A stretch of DNA of 64,000 bases, from the NCBI RefSeq assembly GCF_006345805.1, contig NC_043008.1, positions 63,674,001 to 63,738,000 of the forward strand, read 5' to 3'. A model generated the notes under the pieces. It did no database searches and was not told the origin of the DNA. It worked only from the letters and a program-made list of their open reading frames with translations. The translations under genes were made by a program, and so were the position numbers. Numbering within the stretch: position 1 is the stretch's first letter; every line of letters begins with the position of its first letter. Positions 1 to 13,110 of the stretch are shown one piece after another. Origin of the DNA: Octopus sinensis (taxonomy: Eukaryota).

Positions 1-116
1 GAGCTTGTAGTACTTGTGGCCTATGAGTAAATGCTTGTTAATCAATGAAGGGAAGCCCCTAGCTACATTGGTGTAAACTTCTAGGCTACATGGAGGATTG
101 AACTAGATTATCTTTC

Positions 117-323
117 TCATTCTGGTCCTCTTCGGATGTGAGGTGGGGTTTGGTCGGGGGAGTGTTCCCCATGAACAATAACTTCTCTGTAAACCAATAC
201 ATCATCGTAGTGGGCAGAGACATCCTCCAGATCCTGTTGTGCTCCATCCACAAACGTCTGACTAATAGTTTGCAATGGAGAGACAACTACTGCTGTATTC
301 ATTGAAGAACATCTAAATACCAC
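117..323 (-). CDS. Possible coding exon, unidentified product
   Basis: GC-richer island. Minus-strand acceptor ttttcttgtatgcctag is followed by an open frame VVFRCSSM...HIRRGPE*. No homolog recognised, and a competing + strand exon (85-137) is also possible. Confidence 0.2.
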   Translation of the reverse strand: MVFRCSSMNTAVVVSPLQTISQTFVDGAQQDLEDVSAHYDDVLVYREVIVHGEHSPDQTPPHIRRGPE

Positions 324-1456
324 CTAGGCATACAAGAAAATTATAAAATGAAAATGATACAATCCAAAAGCAAAAGTTTGCTACAAAATATATTACTTCT
401 ATGACAGTATGTCTATATGAGATATTATCTCAGAATGAATATTACAGTTAATTTTCCTTTCCGTGATGTATTTACATTAAGTATGATACAAATATGGTTA
501 CATAACTTTTGAATAAAAGAAACAGGAAAATACTTAACACTCCTGCTCCACAAGACACAACTGGAAATATTGTATTTCATTTCTTAGACAGATATTACAC
601 CTGTGAACAGCACCATCCACAAATATCATTATAGTACTATCTTTCTGATATATTACAATGCGTCTGTACTAGAAATTTTTTCTAAGAGAAATAAATATGA
701 AGAAACATCTCTGATTCTGAGTGCATTAATACATTTCAACACAAGGAATATTGACAGAAGATTCCTATTAAAACTTTGGCCAAATGCAAATAGAAAGACT
801 GGATGTAATTGTTTGGGACAAAAAATAAAATAATAATGAATTCTAGAGGAAGTCATATGCCCAGGAGACTTGAATATTTCTTTGAAATCAGTGAGAAAGA
901 GAATATTTATGGATAATTTCTTTAAAACCCAGAGTTTCTCTATGTAGATTATAAATTTACTCTGGTATTATTCCTCAGATGATGTGTAACTTTGGAAGTA
1001 GACTTCTGCTGCTATGGGTAATATCAGGAAATGTGGTATGCATATAATAAATATAATACAGCTTTTATTAAGTTTCTTGGTTCTTGTACAAAATGAGGAA
1101 ATGAATACTAAGTTTCAACAGAAAAATAGTTACCTTAAAAAATAAAATTAAGTAAAACAAATTTCTCATTTGTATAACTTCTCCAATAACTATTCTGTCA
1201 TATCTTCCTCCTCATCTGCCTCTACAATTCTTTCTCTCTTACTGTGTGTGTTTATGTAATGTTTCTTAAGTCATTACCTGCCACCAAGCCTAAAATGTGC
1301 ACTCATCCAGCTCATCTTGCATTAAGTATCTGAATCTCTCTCTCCTCTCCCTCTCTCTTACTCTCTCTTACCCTCTTTCTTCTTCTCTCTGTATAATGTA
1401 AGGTGTCCCTGGAGAATTCAACGAACCAACATTTATATCAACTATTATTCTACAAT

Positions 1457-1760
1457 TGGCCGAGTGGTTAGGGCAGCAGACTCACAGCTGGAGGTTTGCG
1501 GTTTCGATTCCCAGACCGGGCGTTGTGTGTGTTTATTGAGCAAAAGCACCTAAAAGCTCCACAAGGCTTCGGCAGGGGGTGGTGTCAACCTCTGTTGTAC
1601 TCTTTTGCCACAACTTTCTCTCACTCTCTCTTCCTGTTTCTTGAGTAACACTGCGATGAACTGGCATCCCGTCCAGCTGGTGGGGAACACATACGCCACA
1701 GAAACCGGGAAACCAGGCCCACAAGCCTGGCTAGACTTGAAAAGGGTGATGTTTATTATT
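1457..1760 (+). mobile_element. tRNA-derived SINE, head H1 + tail T1
   Basis: A-box-like GGCCGAGTGGTTAGG and B-box-like GGTTTCGATTCCC. Body shared with 11662, 46243 and 51190; tail shared with 16094. Confidence 0.9.
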
Positions 1761-1861
1761 ATAAATAATGACATTTATACTCACTTGTATACCCACTTGA
1801 ATGCGTTGGCTCACACAGAAACAGTAGTGAGGAAAAGTTGGAGACTTTTCTTTTTTAGTAG

Positions 1862-1948
1862 AAACAGAAGATCAGTTAAAGGACGCACTACAAATTTAGT
1901 CAGTGAACAGAACAATGAAAATAAGCAAAACTTTCAAAATTTCAGTAC
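1862..1948 (+). CDS. Candidate internal exon (87 nt, phase 2-2), unidentified product
   Basis: Acceptor gacttttcttttttagtag, donor AC|GTAAGT, open frame NRRSVKGRTTNLVSEQNNENKQNFQNFST. Confidence 0.4.
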
Positions 1949-2805
1949 GTAAGTTATTACTGAAGTTAACTAAATTTCACTGATAGGTTTTTGCTTATTA
2001 ATGTTTTTTACATTAGCAACCAGCTTCTTATTTGTTGGAATAATTCAAAGAAATAATATAGAGAGAGAAAACATGCAACCATAAAACAAAAACTGACATT
2101 GCATAGAATGTACCTTCACAGTAGTGCCAATTCTGTGACAGAATTATTTCAACTATTTTGGCACTGAAGTACTTATACTTCAAGTATGAATGACACTGAA
2201 GTATTAAGGAAAACAGTAAATGATTTTGTGAACTATGAAACATTGCAAAATATTTCAAAGACTTTCCGTTTTCATTATTCATTGTATTTGCATTGAGTTA
2301 TTGACTTTAGGAATAATTTATTACTTCTGTCTAAACCATAATTTCAAAGCAAGAACACTTTTATTTGGAAACAGGGCTGATTAAAAAAATGAATACAGAA
2401 AGAAACAAACAAACAATATGTAAAGAAAAAATTTAAGAAGTAAACATGAATCATGAACTAAAATACAGTCCAAGCTGAATTTCACAGTAAAAGTTGTAAA
2501 CTAACCTGAAATAAGGCAGAGGGCTTCATAAAACTGAGAAGCAATTTTAGGATTTTAGTGTTTGTCCATTTGTTTTAAGGCTAGTATAAATTAGGCTGCT
2601 GCTTATCATTGCGGTAGTATTTCCCCAGTTGAATACTCTACTTTTTGTCAACTTTTCCATGTTTGACAGCTGAGGGAGATTTTGCTCTGCTTCTTAAAGA
2701 GCACAGAGATAGTAAAGGTAATTTTCTATGAGAATGTGAACAAACTAATGCCATGTTTTTTTTTTTTTAATGTGGAATATCTCAAGCAAAAATGACATTT
2801 GTAGA

Positions 2806-2836
2806 TACTCACACACGTACATACATACACAAACAT

Positions 2837-2876
<40 letters not shown>

Positions 2877-3015
2877 TACCTATGTATATGTATGTATGTA
2901 TTGTAAGGTTAGTGGATATAGAAAGCAGAAACTGAAAAAATACTGGTGTATGTATGTGTGTATATATATAGATATATAGATATAGATATATTTATATATA
3001 TACACATGCACACAC

Positions 3016-3077
<62 letters not shown>
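2806..3077. repeat. Compound (CA)n/(TA)n/(TATG)n microsatellite
   Basis: Directly visible. Confidence 0.95.
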
Positions 3078-3079
3078 TT

Positions 3080-3392
3080 AAATTGTGGCATGTGAGAATA
3101 ATGAATCCAGCCAGCCTGCTGATCAAAGAAACAGCCTGCTTGTGAAATTAATGTGCAAGTTGCTGAGTGCTCCACAGACATGTGTACCTTTAACATAGTT
3201 CTCAGGGAGATTCAGCATGACAGAGAGTGTGACAAAGCTGGCCTTTTGAAATACAAGTACTACTAAATTTTGGCAGCTGAGTGAACTGGAGCAACATGTG
3301 TCTTACACAAAAACATATTGTGCCACCAGGAATCGAAATCATGATGTTATGAACATGAGCCAAATATCCCTAACCACCAAGCCACGTGCTTT
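3080..3392 (-). mobile_element. tRNA-derived SINE, head H2 + tail T2
   Basis: Reverse complement starts GCACGTGGCTTGGTGGTTAGG...TTTCGATTCCTGG. Its 3' part matches the tail of the 51190-51567 SINE. Confidence 0.85.
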
Positions 3393-3504
3393 CACAAGAT
3401 TAATGAAGGAAGAACACAGTAAAGATAGAAATACACACAAAGGACAGGAACATGATTACCTCTCATCAGTTATTGACTAAAACTCATCACAATTTTGATA
3501 CTAT

Positions 3505-3799
3505 ATTGATATGTGGATAAATGTATGTATGGTTGAAATTTACAGAAAAACAAGACGAAGACAGGTGTATAAACAACAAGTAGATGTATTAGTTTGATGC
3601 TCGGGAAGGTGAAAAAGTCTTTTATGTTTTGAGCCTACTCTCTTCAACAGAAGGGAACATGAGGAAATAAACAGAGAGAGAATAAAATATATTCTGTTGT
3701 GTCTGGGGAGAATCATTCTCTTTTAGTACCTTATTATTTAACACACTCACTGGTAAAATTTCCACTTATTTCTTATTTATATTTTCCTAAAATGTTCGT

Positions 3800-3800
<1 letters not shown>
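3505..3800 (-). mobile_element. Penelope-like non-autonomous remnant with decayed hammerhead
   Basis: Homologous to 21558-21750 (gacgaagacaggtg...gaaaaagtct...gagcctac...ctcttc). Abuts (TA)n. Minus strand reads CTGTTGA-A-GAG-agtagg-CTC-AAAA. Confidence 0.6.
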
Positions 3801-3802
<2 letters not shown>

Positions 3803-3850
<48 letters not shown>

Positions 3851-3880
3851 CATATATATATACACATATATATATACATA
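3803..3880. repeat. (TA)n microsatellite
   Basis: Directly visible. Confidence 0.95.
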
Positions 3881-4048
3881 TATGCAACAGGCTTATTTCA
3901 GTTTCTGTCTACCAAATCAACTCAAAAGGCTTTGGTCGGCACGAAGCTACAGTAGAAAACACTTGCCCAAGGTGCCATGCAGTGTGAATGAACCCAGAAC
4001 CATGTGGTTGGTAAGCAAGCTACTTACCTCACAGCCACTCATGCACCT
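3881..4048 (-). mobile_element. SINE family A, 5' half
   Basis: Reverse complement of the head ggcgcaggagtggctgtgtggtaagtagcttgc seen full length at 19385 and 23425. Confidence 0.9.
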
Positions 4049-4169
4049 ACAGATATTTAAGGAATAGTTATCAAACATGGATCAAAATTACCACCTAATT
4101 ACATCATAACAAGATTTGAGTTCTGAATGCAAAGAGATGAAACAAACACCATAAGGATTTTTATTTATG

Positions 4170-4340
4170 CTCTAACAAGTCAGCCAGTACACTGCCTCAG
4201 ACTGATACTTTGTTTATCGACCCTAGAAGAGTAAAAGGAAAGTTGACCATGGCAAGATTTGAACTCAGAATGCAAGAAATTGGGATAAATTGCTGCAGAG
4301 TATTTCCTCTACTGCTCTAACTAATCCATCAATTCACCAC
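4170..4340 (-). mobile_element. Old SINE family C remnant
   Basis: ttatcgaccc...aaaggaaagttgacc...gatttgaactcag matches the reverse complement of 51821-52051. Confidence 0.7.
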
Positions 4341-4341
4341 C

Positions 4342-4342
4342 T

Positions 4343-4373
<31 letters not shown>

Positions 4374-4515
4374 AAGCTGTTGCTGCTGTTCCTGCAGTTA
4401 CTACTACTACTACTTCTTCAGATACTACTGATAGCAGTAGTAGTAGCAGCAGTGATCATGGTGGTGGTGTTGGCAGCAGTGGTGGTAGTAGCAGCTGCAG
4501 CAGCTGTAGTGGTAG
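4342..4515. repeat. Compound trinucleotide repeat (CTA/GTA/GCA/GTG)
   Basis: Directly visible. Confidence 0.9.
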
Positions 4516-4669
4516 AATTGAATACATACCGTTAGTTACGAGAATAAATAAATAGATAAGCAAAACGATAAGGAATATTTATATTTAATATTTCTGAAAT
4601 TTTTTAGAAATTAGTTTTTGTTGAAAAGAGATGTGCCAAAGTTATCTAAACTGATCAGAAGAAAGTGAA

Positions 4670-5055
<386 letters not shown>

Positions 5056-5942
5056 TGAGAAAGAATGGTAAAAAGCAGCAAAGGATAAAACCAAAATGTT
5101 CCTGACACAAACAAAGGTGATAAAAGCAATGAAGAGAACTGAAAATACGTCTAGAAGCAGAAGGTTTAAAAAATAATTATCTCTCAGTTTTGCATTGAAA
5201 TTATCTATTATAATTAGATTTGAGTAGGGATGACATGAAGTTTTGCTTACAAGATAATTCTCACTAAATTGTATTGTAAACTTTTAAACAGAAAGGGCCC
5301 TTATCTATACTAATGATGAATAAAAAGATTTTAGGGTGTATTTTCTGTTTTTATTTTTTATTAAGAATTTGGAGAATTATAAATCATGTGGTTTCTTTCC
5401 TATGTAGGAGCAGGAAAAAAATCACGTGGTTTAATGCTTTGCTTTTTACCATGTATTTAGGCATTCAATCCTACTTCATTTACCCCAGGGATAAATGCCT
5501 TCTACTGTTCTAGTATTATTTTGGGAAAAGTCTTGTGAGTGAATGTTATTGGAAACAGAAAAACAATAAAGGTGCCTATTAAATATAGGTATACTTATAT
5601 CTCCATGTATGTGTATGTATATATGTGTCTCTGTGGATAGGTGTGTGTGTGCGTGTGTGCAAATATGAATGTGTATAAATATATATAATATATATCTCCC
5701 TCTCTCTTTACTCCTTTTCCACCTCTCTCTGTGTCTATGTGAGTGTATATATATATATATATATATAAAGCATGAGTTATTCGTGATCAGAGGCATTCGT
5801 AAACCAAGGTACTACTTATTAAATGAATATGAGAAAGACAGGAGATAATGCATGATTTATTTGTGATCAGAGTTGTTCGAAAACTGAGGTACTACTATAC
5901 ACACACACACACCACACACACACACACACACATATATATATA

Positions 5943-6544
5943 CAGGATGTCCCAAAAGTGACTGATGGGTTTCAATTTTTAAGAACTTCCTTAGCTTTAC
6001 CAATAAATGCATGATATTTTGATACAATATAAAAAAACATAATGTAAATTAATATGCATAAGTCAAATTTTGCAACACCACTACATCACATATGAAAAAT
6101 GACATCGCTTAAATGGCAGCCGTTTTCATCTTTGCATGCCTGTACTCTTTCCAAAACTTGCACATAACACCCTCAACAGTTTCAGACCCCACTTCTCTCG
6201 TTTCTTTATTGATGTTCTCCTTCAGTTGCACCAGTGTCTCCAGTTTGTTGATGTAAACCCTCTCTTTCAGTTATCCCCGCATGAAAAATCTGGGCTAGTC
6301 AAATCTGGGGAAAGTGAAGGCCATTCAAAGTAGACCTCACACATGGTTCCAGCAAGATGGGGCAACTACTCATACTACAAGAGAAACAATGCAGTTGCTA
6401 CGGCAGTGCTTTGGAGAGAGAATAATCTCCTGCTATGGCAATGTTAACTGACCTTCATGTTCCCCAGACTTCACTAGACCAAATTTTTCTTGTGGGGATA
6501 CCTGAAAGAGAGGGTTTATGTCAGAGAAGTGGGGTCTGAAACTC
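5943..6544. mobile_element. Rearranged Tc1/mariner remnant (two transposase fragments head-to-head)
   Basis: TA plus TIR-like CAGGATGTCCCAAAAG at 5941. Minus strand 6329->6130 reads WPSLSPDLTSPD...ERVYINK...ENGCHL. Plus strand 6344-6544 reads WFQQDGATTHTTRETMQLLRQCFGERIIS...SPD...FFLWGYLKERVY. Confidence 0.85.
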
Positions 6545-6603
6545 TATTTCATTCATGTATACATTTTGAATTCCTTGTCTAGAACTTTTACACATACTCA
6601 CTT

Positions 6604-6681
6604 TGTCTCTGATGATGGAATACCCAGTGTATGGAGATGCTAACCTATCACTTGGGATATCCCAAAAACAGCTGTAAGACA
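6604..6681 (+). ncRNA. Minimal type-I hammerhead ribozyme, decayed (G12A)
   Basis: TGTCT-CTGATGA-[imperfect stem II]-AAAA-CAGCTG-TA-AGACA. Stem I is 5 bp; helix III is the palindrome ACAGCTGT. Confidence 0.7.
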
Positions 6682-9600
6682 TCCAATAATTAATTAATTG
6701 ATTACTTCAAATTCACCTTACTCTAATTGAATATTCTATATGACTTGAGATACTCGGCCTGTTTAAATATTATGTAGCATCATTACTAAACTTGTTATGA
6801 GCAAGCCAGTGAGAGAGTATTTTCGATGTTTTAAAAGTTGGTCATGGATAAAGCTAACCAAACAAAACATTTACTGTAATATGTATTCACAACTTCTTAG
6901 ATAAAACATAGACATGGTGACATTATTTTAGCAAAAATATTTCCGAAAGAAAGTAATAATCACAATGAATAATATATTATTGCAGCCTTGAAGGAATATA
7001 TTGTCAGTTTGATGTGTTATTGTCATTCTAATTGACATCTATTGTTGGTTCAACCCAAGGTTAGTACTGACAAAACAGTCTTGTCCAAAGAGATATCTTG
7101 CTCAACTATGAGATTACTTATATTACAACCGCCTTCTTAAGAAGTAAAAGCTAATCAAATTATTAACAAAGCAAACTTCTTAACCACATGGCCATTCCTG
7201 CACCTGAATATCACCACAAGCCTGCAGTGCAGCTAAAATAAGATAGCATGAAGATAAAAACATAATGTACTTATAACTAATTCGAGAGGAGAGAGAAGAA
7301 GAGTGAAGGCAGGAGAGACAGAGAGAGATTGGCATGTGTTCTGTAGATAAATAGGTAATGTGGTTTCTCTATATTTGAAATTTAGTCTTATGTTGTATAA
7401 TATCACTTTACTTAATGTCGAACATCTTAACAGTTAATGCCTAAATAATACCATATTATAAGATCACAATGTATACCTTTTCTAACAGCAGACTTCTAAA
7501 TTAATCTTTTCAATCAAACCAGACATATAGAATCATAGATTCTAAGAGGAACTCAAGACTGTCATTTCTAAATCAAACAAACACTCATATACTCAAAATG
7601 CCACTATCAGCTTTTATACTAGATATCATTGACTATTTTCTTTCAAATGGAAACCTCTAAGACTTCATGATCTTTGGCAGATTCAAAATAGTATAATGTC
7701 TTTAATATTCTGTGCTGTATTTGAACTATTTGTAAACACAGTGTAAGAATTTTGAAGCAAGAGTTTTCATATAAAAGTGCTAAGGCTACATATTATATGA
7801 TAGAAAAATTTATAGATATTTTTTTGCAGTTATGTGTACATTAAATTATTTCTAGTTAATATATTTACTGCAGAAAATAAGTTGAATTTATTTCAGTCAA
7901 TTAAGGAATTGAATAATATTTTTAGTGAAAAGTTACTACCAATGAAAGTGATTTTATTTTATTTTATGATAAAATCTGACAGCTTCCAGCTATTCTTACA
8001 CTTCTTTCAAACCAAGATGGTCAAATTTTGAAGTGTGGTGGATAGATAAATTAATAGAAAAATACATTCATAATGTATAGTATTGTCCTCTTACAAATTG
8101 CTTCTGTTTCCTAAAATAGAAATGTGTCTTCAGAACTTTCTGTTTCTTATTTGAAAAAAATTATAGAAATTGCTTAAGTACTATTGTACAAATAAATAAA
8201 TAAAAAATTGTCAAGAATGAATTCAGTTTCCAAAGAAAGTGCAAAGATATTCTGAAAGAATATTATACAAAAAAGAAAAGAATTAAGTGATACTCTGGAG
8301 TGGGAGAAAAACTCTAATCAGCTACATATCAGTAAACAATATTTGGAACAAAGAACTATGGGCACAAGTAAGTATCTTGTATAAAAGACACTAGATTAAG
8401 AACAGTGATAATTGATTCAAGAGTCAATGATTAAGAATGCTATCACTTTACATTTGAAACTATTACAGATGCTCTCAAGCCAAGAAGAATTGTATCAGAA
8501 ATAAATATGGCCTTATTAATCTTGATTCCTCACATAAGCCTAGCTTTGCTTTGCAATTACAAGGTTCTCAGGTTTGAGCCACTTGGTTAGCACCTTGGTG
8601 AAAGTGGACTTTTACCATGAACTTGACTCCTCTCAAGCTTTGTGAATGTAACTAGTCATATAGAAACTGTGAAGAAGCCTGTTGGTTCAAATGACCTTAT
8701 AATTCAAAGGTTTGACCTTTTCATACACTGCACTATGACTATAAGACTACATGTGTCTACTGGATACTCAACCACTTATACTTCCATTTAAGCCATTGGT
8801 GACTCATCTGATGAAAAACATTTTTTTGTTTTATCACTTAGACAGGAGTGAGGGTAGTGCCCACCACCCCTTACAGTGTGTCTGCGGTTGGTAGGGGTGG
8901 ATGGAAGAAGATATCCTTAAACCAGAGGCCTAGTATGAATGAACAAAACTCCATAAGAGATGACCAAGGGGCCAGGTGATGATGTTAAGTCAGGCAATGG
9001 AGTCAGTCTCCCAGCAAAGTGAGCCAGAGATGGATTCGAACTCAAAATGTAAAAAATAAAAAACAAATACTGAAAAACATTTTGTCTGATGCTCTAATGA
9101 TTGTGCTTGACCATTGTCCTTGATTGGTACTTTATGTATCAATCTTCGGTAAAGTAAATGGCAAAGGTGGTCTTGGCAGGTTTTGAACTCAGAGCTCAAC
9201 AACCCAGAATAAATATTGTTAAATATTACATCTGACACCCTAACGCCTCTGCAAATTCACTGCAAGATCATTAATATTGATAAAGGATCAATGATACAAA
9301 GTTTAAATCCGATTGGTTGGGAATAATTGAAGAGACTAAGCCCAGTGCTCAGCTTTATTTATTTTATTGACCCTGGAAGGAAAAAATTTAATAATCAATA
9401 AATAATATAATAATAGTTTCTCTGTTCATGTTGATGGGTACATGCACGTAAATTCATATAAAGAAATGCAGATCATGGCATAGTGACACAAGGCAATATA
9501 TTTGCTCTTTGTGGAGAATCTTGCCTCTCACAATAAAGGAACGTTTCTCATGGCACCAGTAGACAAAATGGAAAAGGTGATGCCCCAGAGATTAGTGAAA

Positions 9601-11559
9601 GAGATACACTGGAAGGATAAAATGCAAGGTTGATCTCAGTTTACAGTTCAGAACTCTTAGTTGCAAGGTACACTACTAAATTACCACAAGGAATTTTACC
9701 TTTCACTCAACCGATTGTGCAAATCTCAGGAACGGTAACTGTTTTTCTGTCACTTCTGTAATGGTTTCTGTTCTTTAGAGCTGGCTGGTCTCATAAGTTC
9801 TTCAGTCAGGCATCTCTGAATCACTTGTCTATCCCCCTCTTGTCACTACTGTTGTGTCTAACACCCCATGATCTGCTCTAACCCCTATGTTCTGTCCTTA
9901 CACAAGTTCCCTCATCTTCAAAAAAAACATAGGCACTGTACAAGATCCACTCACAAGTCTTTGCTTGACCCAGGAGCAGATGTTTGTTCAATGTGCCATG
10001 CAGTAGAACTGAAACCAAAGCGACGTAGCTGAGAAATGAACTTAACCACTCAGCCTTATTTTTCTGAAAATGCAACAAAAATTAGATTAATAAGACAATA
10101 ATTTTAGCTACATTGTGGTTGTAAAATGTTAGTACCTGTCTTAAGTGTATTCAGGATATTTTAATATAGGTGATTGCTGTTTTACTACAGGTAAACGTAA
10201 TGTTTCTGATGCTAATGGTTTTAAATATTCCGTTTCCTTTTTAGATATCTTTCACAATAGTATCAGCGTTCTTTTTAACAGCAACGTATATGATATTGTA
10301 GAATTGTTCAATAACATTACCAGCATGAATATATACCTCCCATGTATATGTCAACATGTATCTGCTGTACATGTAGTGAGAATGTTGACAAAAATACTGT
10401 GCTACTGTAATGTAAATACTTGTATTGTGTGTGATAGTGTTGTAACAGTAGTGTAAATTATGCTAGTATTGTCTGCGGTAAGGTTAGTATTAGTATTGGT
10501 GCAGTTACGTTAGTAGCGTCGGTTTGAATTATAATCAATATGACTAGTTTATATTTGTCAGTAGATTTTCTACATGGCAATTGTCAGGTGCATTTGGCTA
10601 TTCTAACATGAAAATGCTATAAAAATTTTGGAAAAAAAAAAAATCTACTCAGTCCTTGAAACATGAGAATTTTCACATGCCAAAGTAATATTTGATTGAA
10701 CATATTTTATCGAATAAATTTAATCAAGATTAGAGAATTTGATTGTTAATTTAGAATGATGAAGAAAATGGTTCGAAAGATTTACAACACAGTGGAAGCA
10801 GATTTCTGATAGATAGAAATTTATATGACATTCCAGGGAAAAGAAAAAGTTGATTTAATCAAAGTAGAAGACAACAGGTATTATAAGTGACTAAAATATT
10901 TAGCTGAATTTTGTTTTTACTTTTGCTCTGTTCTTCATTTATCATTCTGTATTCCGCTTGTTTTGGTATAACACAATATATTGAAGATAAGAATAACATT
11001 GCATTTTATGGAAGTGAAATGAATCAACATAAACTGATTTAGATAGACATGAGAGCAATTACAAAACTAAGAGAAACTGTGGTGTAGTAGAAATGATAAT
11101 TTATGTAAAAGTCTGTGAGATAAGGTTGCGTTTGTATATTATCACAACCAAGAAATACGAGTGAAGATACAGTGTTATGTTTGAGCTAAATTGAAGGGTT
11201 GCTGGGCTTAGTTTGGTGAGGTGTATAAGATGCCATTTCCAATCACTGATTGAAAATTGAGAATGCAGGAAGAAAAGTAGTGAGTATCCATGATTTACAG
11301 ACAAATCAGGCTGATCAACATCTGAGACTGGGTGCTCCATTTAACCATTATATGAGCACAAACTTATGCAAATGTCTTATGCCATTGCTTTGGATTAACA
11401 AGTGCTGTATGCACAGAGTAGAAGCCACAGTAATAGTGGTAGAACAGAAAGATTCTGTAGACAGTATGTCTATGGAGAAGAAGTTGGTGTGTGTTGATAC
11501 CTTATATTGCATGTGACAGCAGCACTGCCCTCAGATGTGGGAGCAGCACTAAAGTGGGA

Positions 11560-12070
11560 TTCTCATCTGAGAATTTGGAGGAAGAGGTCAGTTGATTATA
11601 TTAACCCCAGTGCTCAACCTGTACTCATTTTATCAACCCTGGAAGGATGCAAGGCAGAGTTATGGAGGCACGTGGCCTAGTGATTAGAGCAGCAGACTCA
11701 TGGTTGAGGGATTGCGGGTTCGAATCTCATACCGGGTGATGTGCGTATTTATGAACGAAACACCTAAGCTACAACAGCTCCGGTAGAAGGTAATGGCGAA
11801 CTTCTACTGACTCTTTCGCCACAACTTTCTCTCACTGTTTCCTCCTGCATCTAGCAGCTCACCTGCAATGGACCGGCGTCCCATCCAGGTGGGAAACCTA
11901 TACGCCAAGGAAACTGGGAAACCAGCCCTTATGAGCCTGGCGTGGCTCAAGAAGGAACAAACAACAAGGCAAAGTTGGCCTTGGTGGGATTTGAACTCAC
12001 ATCATAAAGATGGTTGAAATAGCATTTAATATTTTGTCTGGTGTGCTAACAATTCTGCCAGCTTGCTACC
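11560..12070 (-). mobile_element. SINE family C interrupted by an H1 SINE
   Basis: C-type body continues on both sides of 11662-11965. Confidence 0.75.
11662..11965 (+). mobile_element. tRNA-derived SINE, head H1 + T1-like tail, 11-bp TSD
   Basis: TSD AAGGCAGAGTT (11651-11661) / AAGGCAAAGTT (11966-11976); A- and B-box-like motifs. Confidence 0.9.
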
Positions 12071-12303
12071 TTCTCATCTGTTTATGTTTCTTTCTGCATT
12101 CTTAGCCATTACATATCTTCAATCAGTGACTGAAAATAGATTTCTTATGCAGTTAAACAATTTTTGCACAACAACTTAACAAAATGGCCTAGGGTTACAA
12201 CAGAAAACACTTTTCTAAGGTGTCACATTATAAGACTGAACTGAAACCATATGATCCAGAAGTGGACTTCTTAACTACACAGCCAATACTGATATATTGA
12301 GTA

Positions 12304-12700
12304 CTAGCAGTATCGCCCGGCGTTGCTCGGGTTTGTAAGGGAAATAACTATATAAGCATTTTTAGAGAGTTATAGCCAAAAAATAGCAAAAAAATGCATT
12401 AAAAATGGAAAACAAATGATGGTAAATTTTTTTTTAAATCGTTGACTCATCGTAGACATTTTTAGAGAGTTACTTCCCTTATATAATAGCGAAAAAAATG
12501 CATTAAAATGGAAAAAAATGATGGTAAATTTTTTTAAATCGTAGACTCATCGTAGATGCGTGCTAATGCCCAGAAGGGCTCGATATGAATCACGACTATA
12601 AGATACCCGGTTTTGGTTAAACTGCACTGCAAAATGTGGGAGTAGTTAGGAATCTAAATCGTAGGAGACAGACACACAACTTCTCTTTTATATATAAAGA
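12304..12700 (-). mobile_element. Complete non-autonomous Helitron
   Basis: Minus strand reads A|TCTTTATATATAAAAG ... CCCGAGCAACGCCGGG hairpin ... CTAG|T. Internal ~100-bp tandem duplication at 12357-12556. Confidence 0.9.
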
Positions 12701-12904
12701 TATGTATTCTCTGAGAGATATCTTCATTGATGATGCAGCTTAACATTTGTAGCAAGCTTGTAGGTTCTGGTATCATACTGTTCATATTTAGGAGTGAGTG
12801 ATAATATTTAATTGATATTTCTAGTGATTGTGAGGAATTAGCAAAGTGCTTACAGCAAAAAATGTAATGTATCAAAACAGAAATGATTGTTTCACATCTT
12901 GGTA

Positions 12905-13110
12905 CAAGGCCAGTAACTTCGTTGGGGGACAATAGTTGATTCATCTACCCCAGTGCCTGGCTAGTATTTTTTTTTTTTTTGTATTTCCACCAAACAGCTG
13001 AAAGGCAAAGTTGACAACAACAGTATTTTGAACTGAGAACGTAAAGACCTGAAGAAACTCCACTGAACATTTTGTCCAAAGCACTAACAATTCCACAATA
13101 CGACTTTATA
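12905..13110 (-). mobile_element. Old SINE family C-like copy
   Basis: ccccagtgc...gtat...gaaaggcaaagttgac...tttgaactgagaac. Confidence 0.7.
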
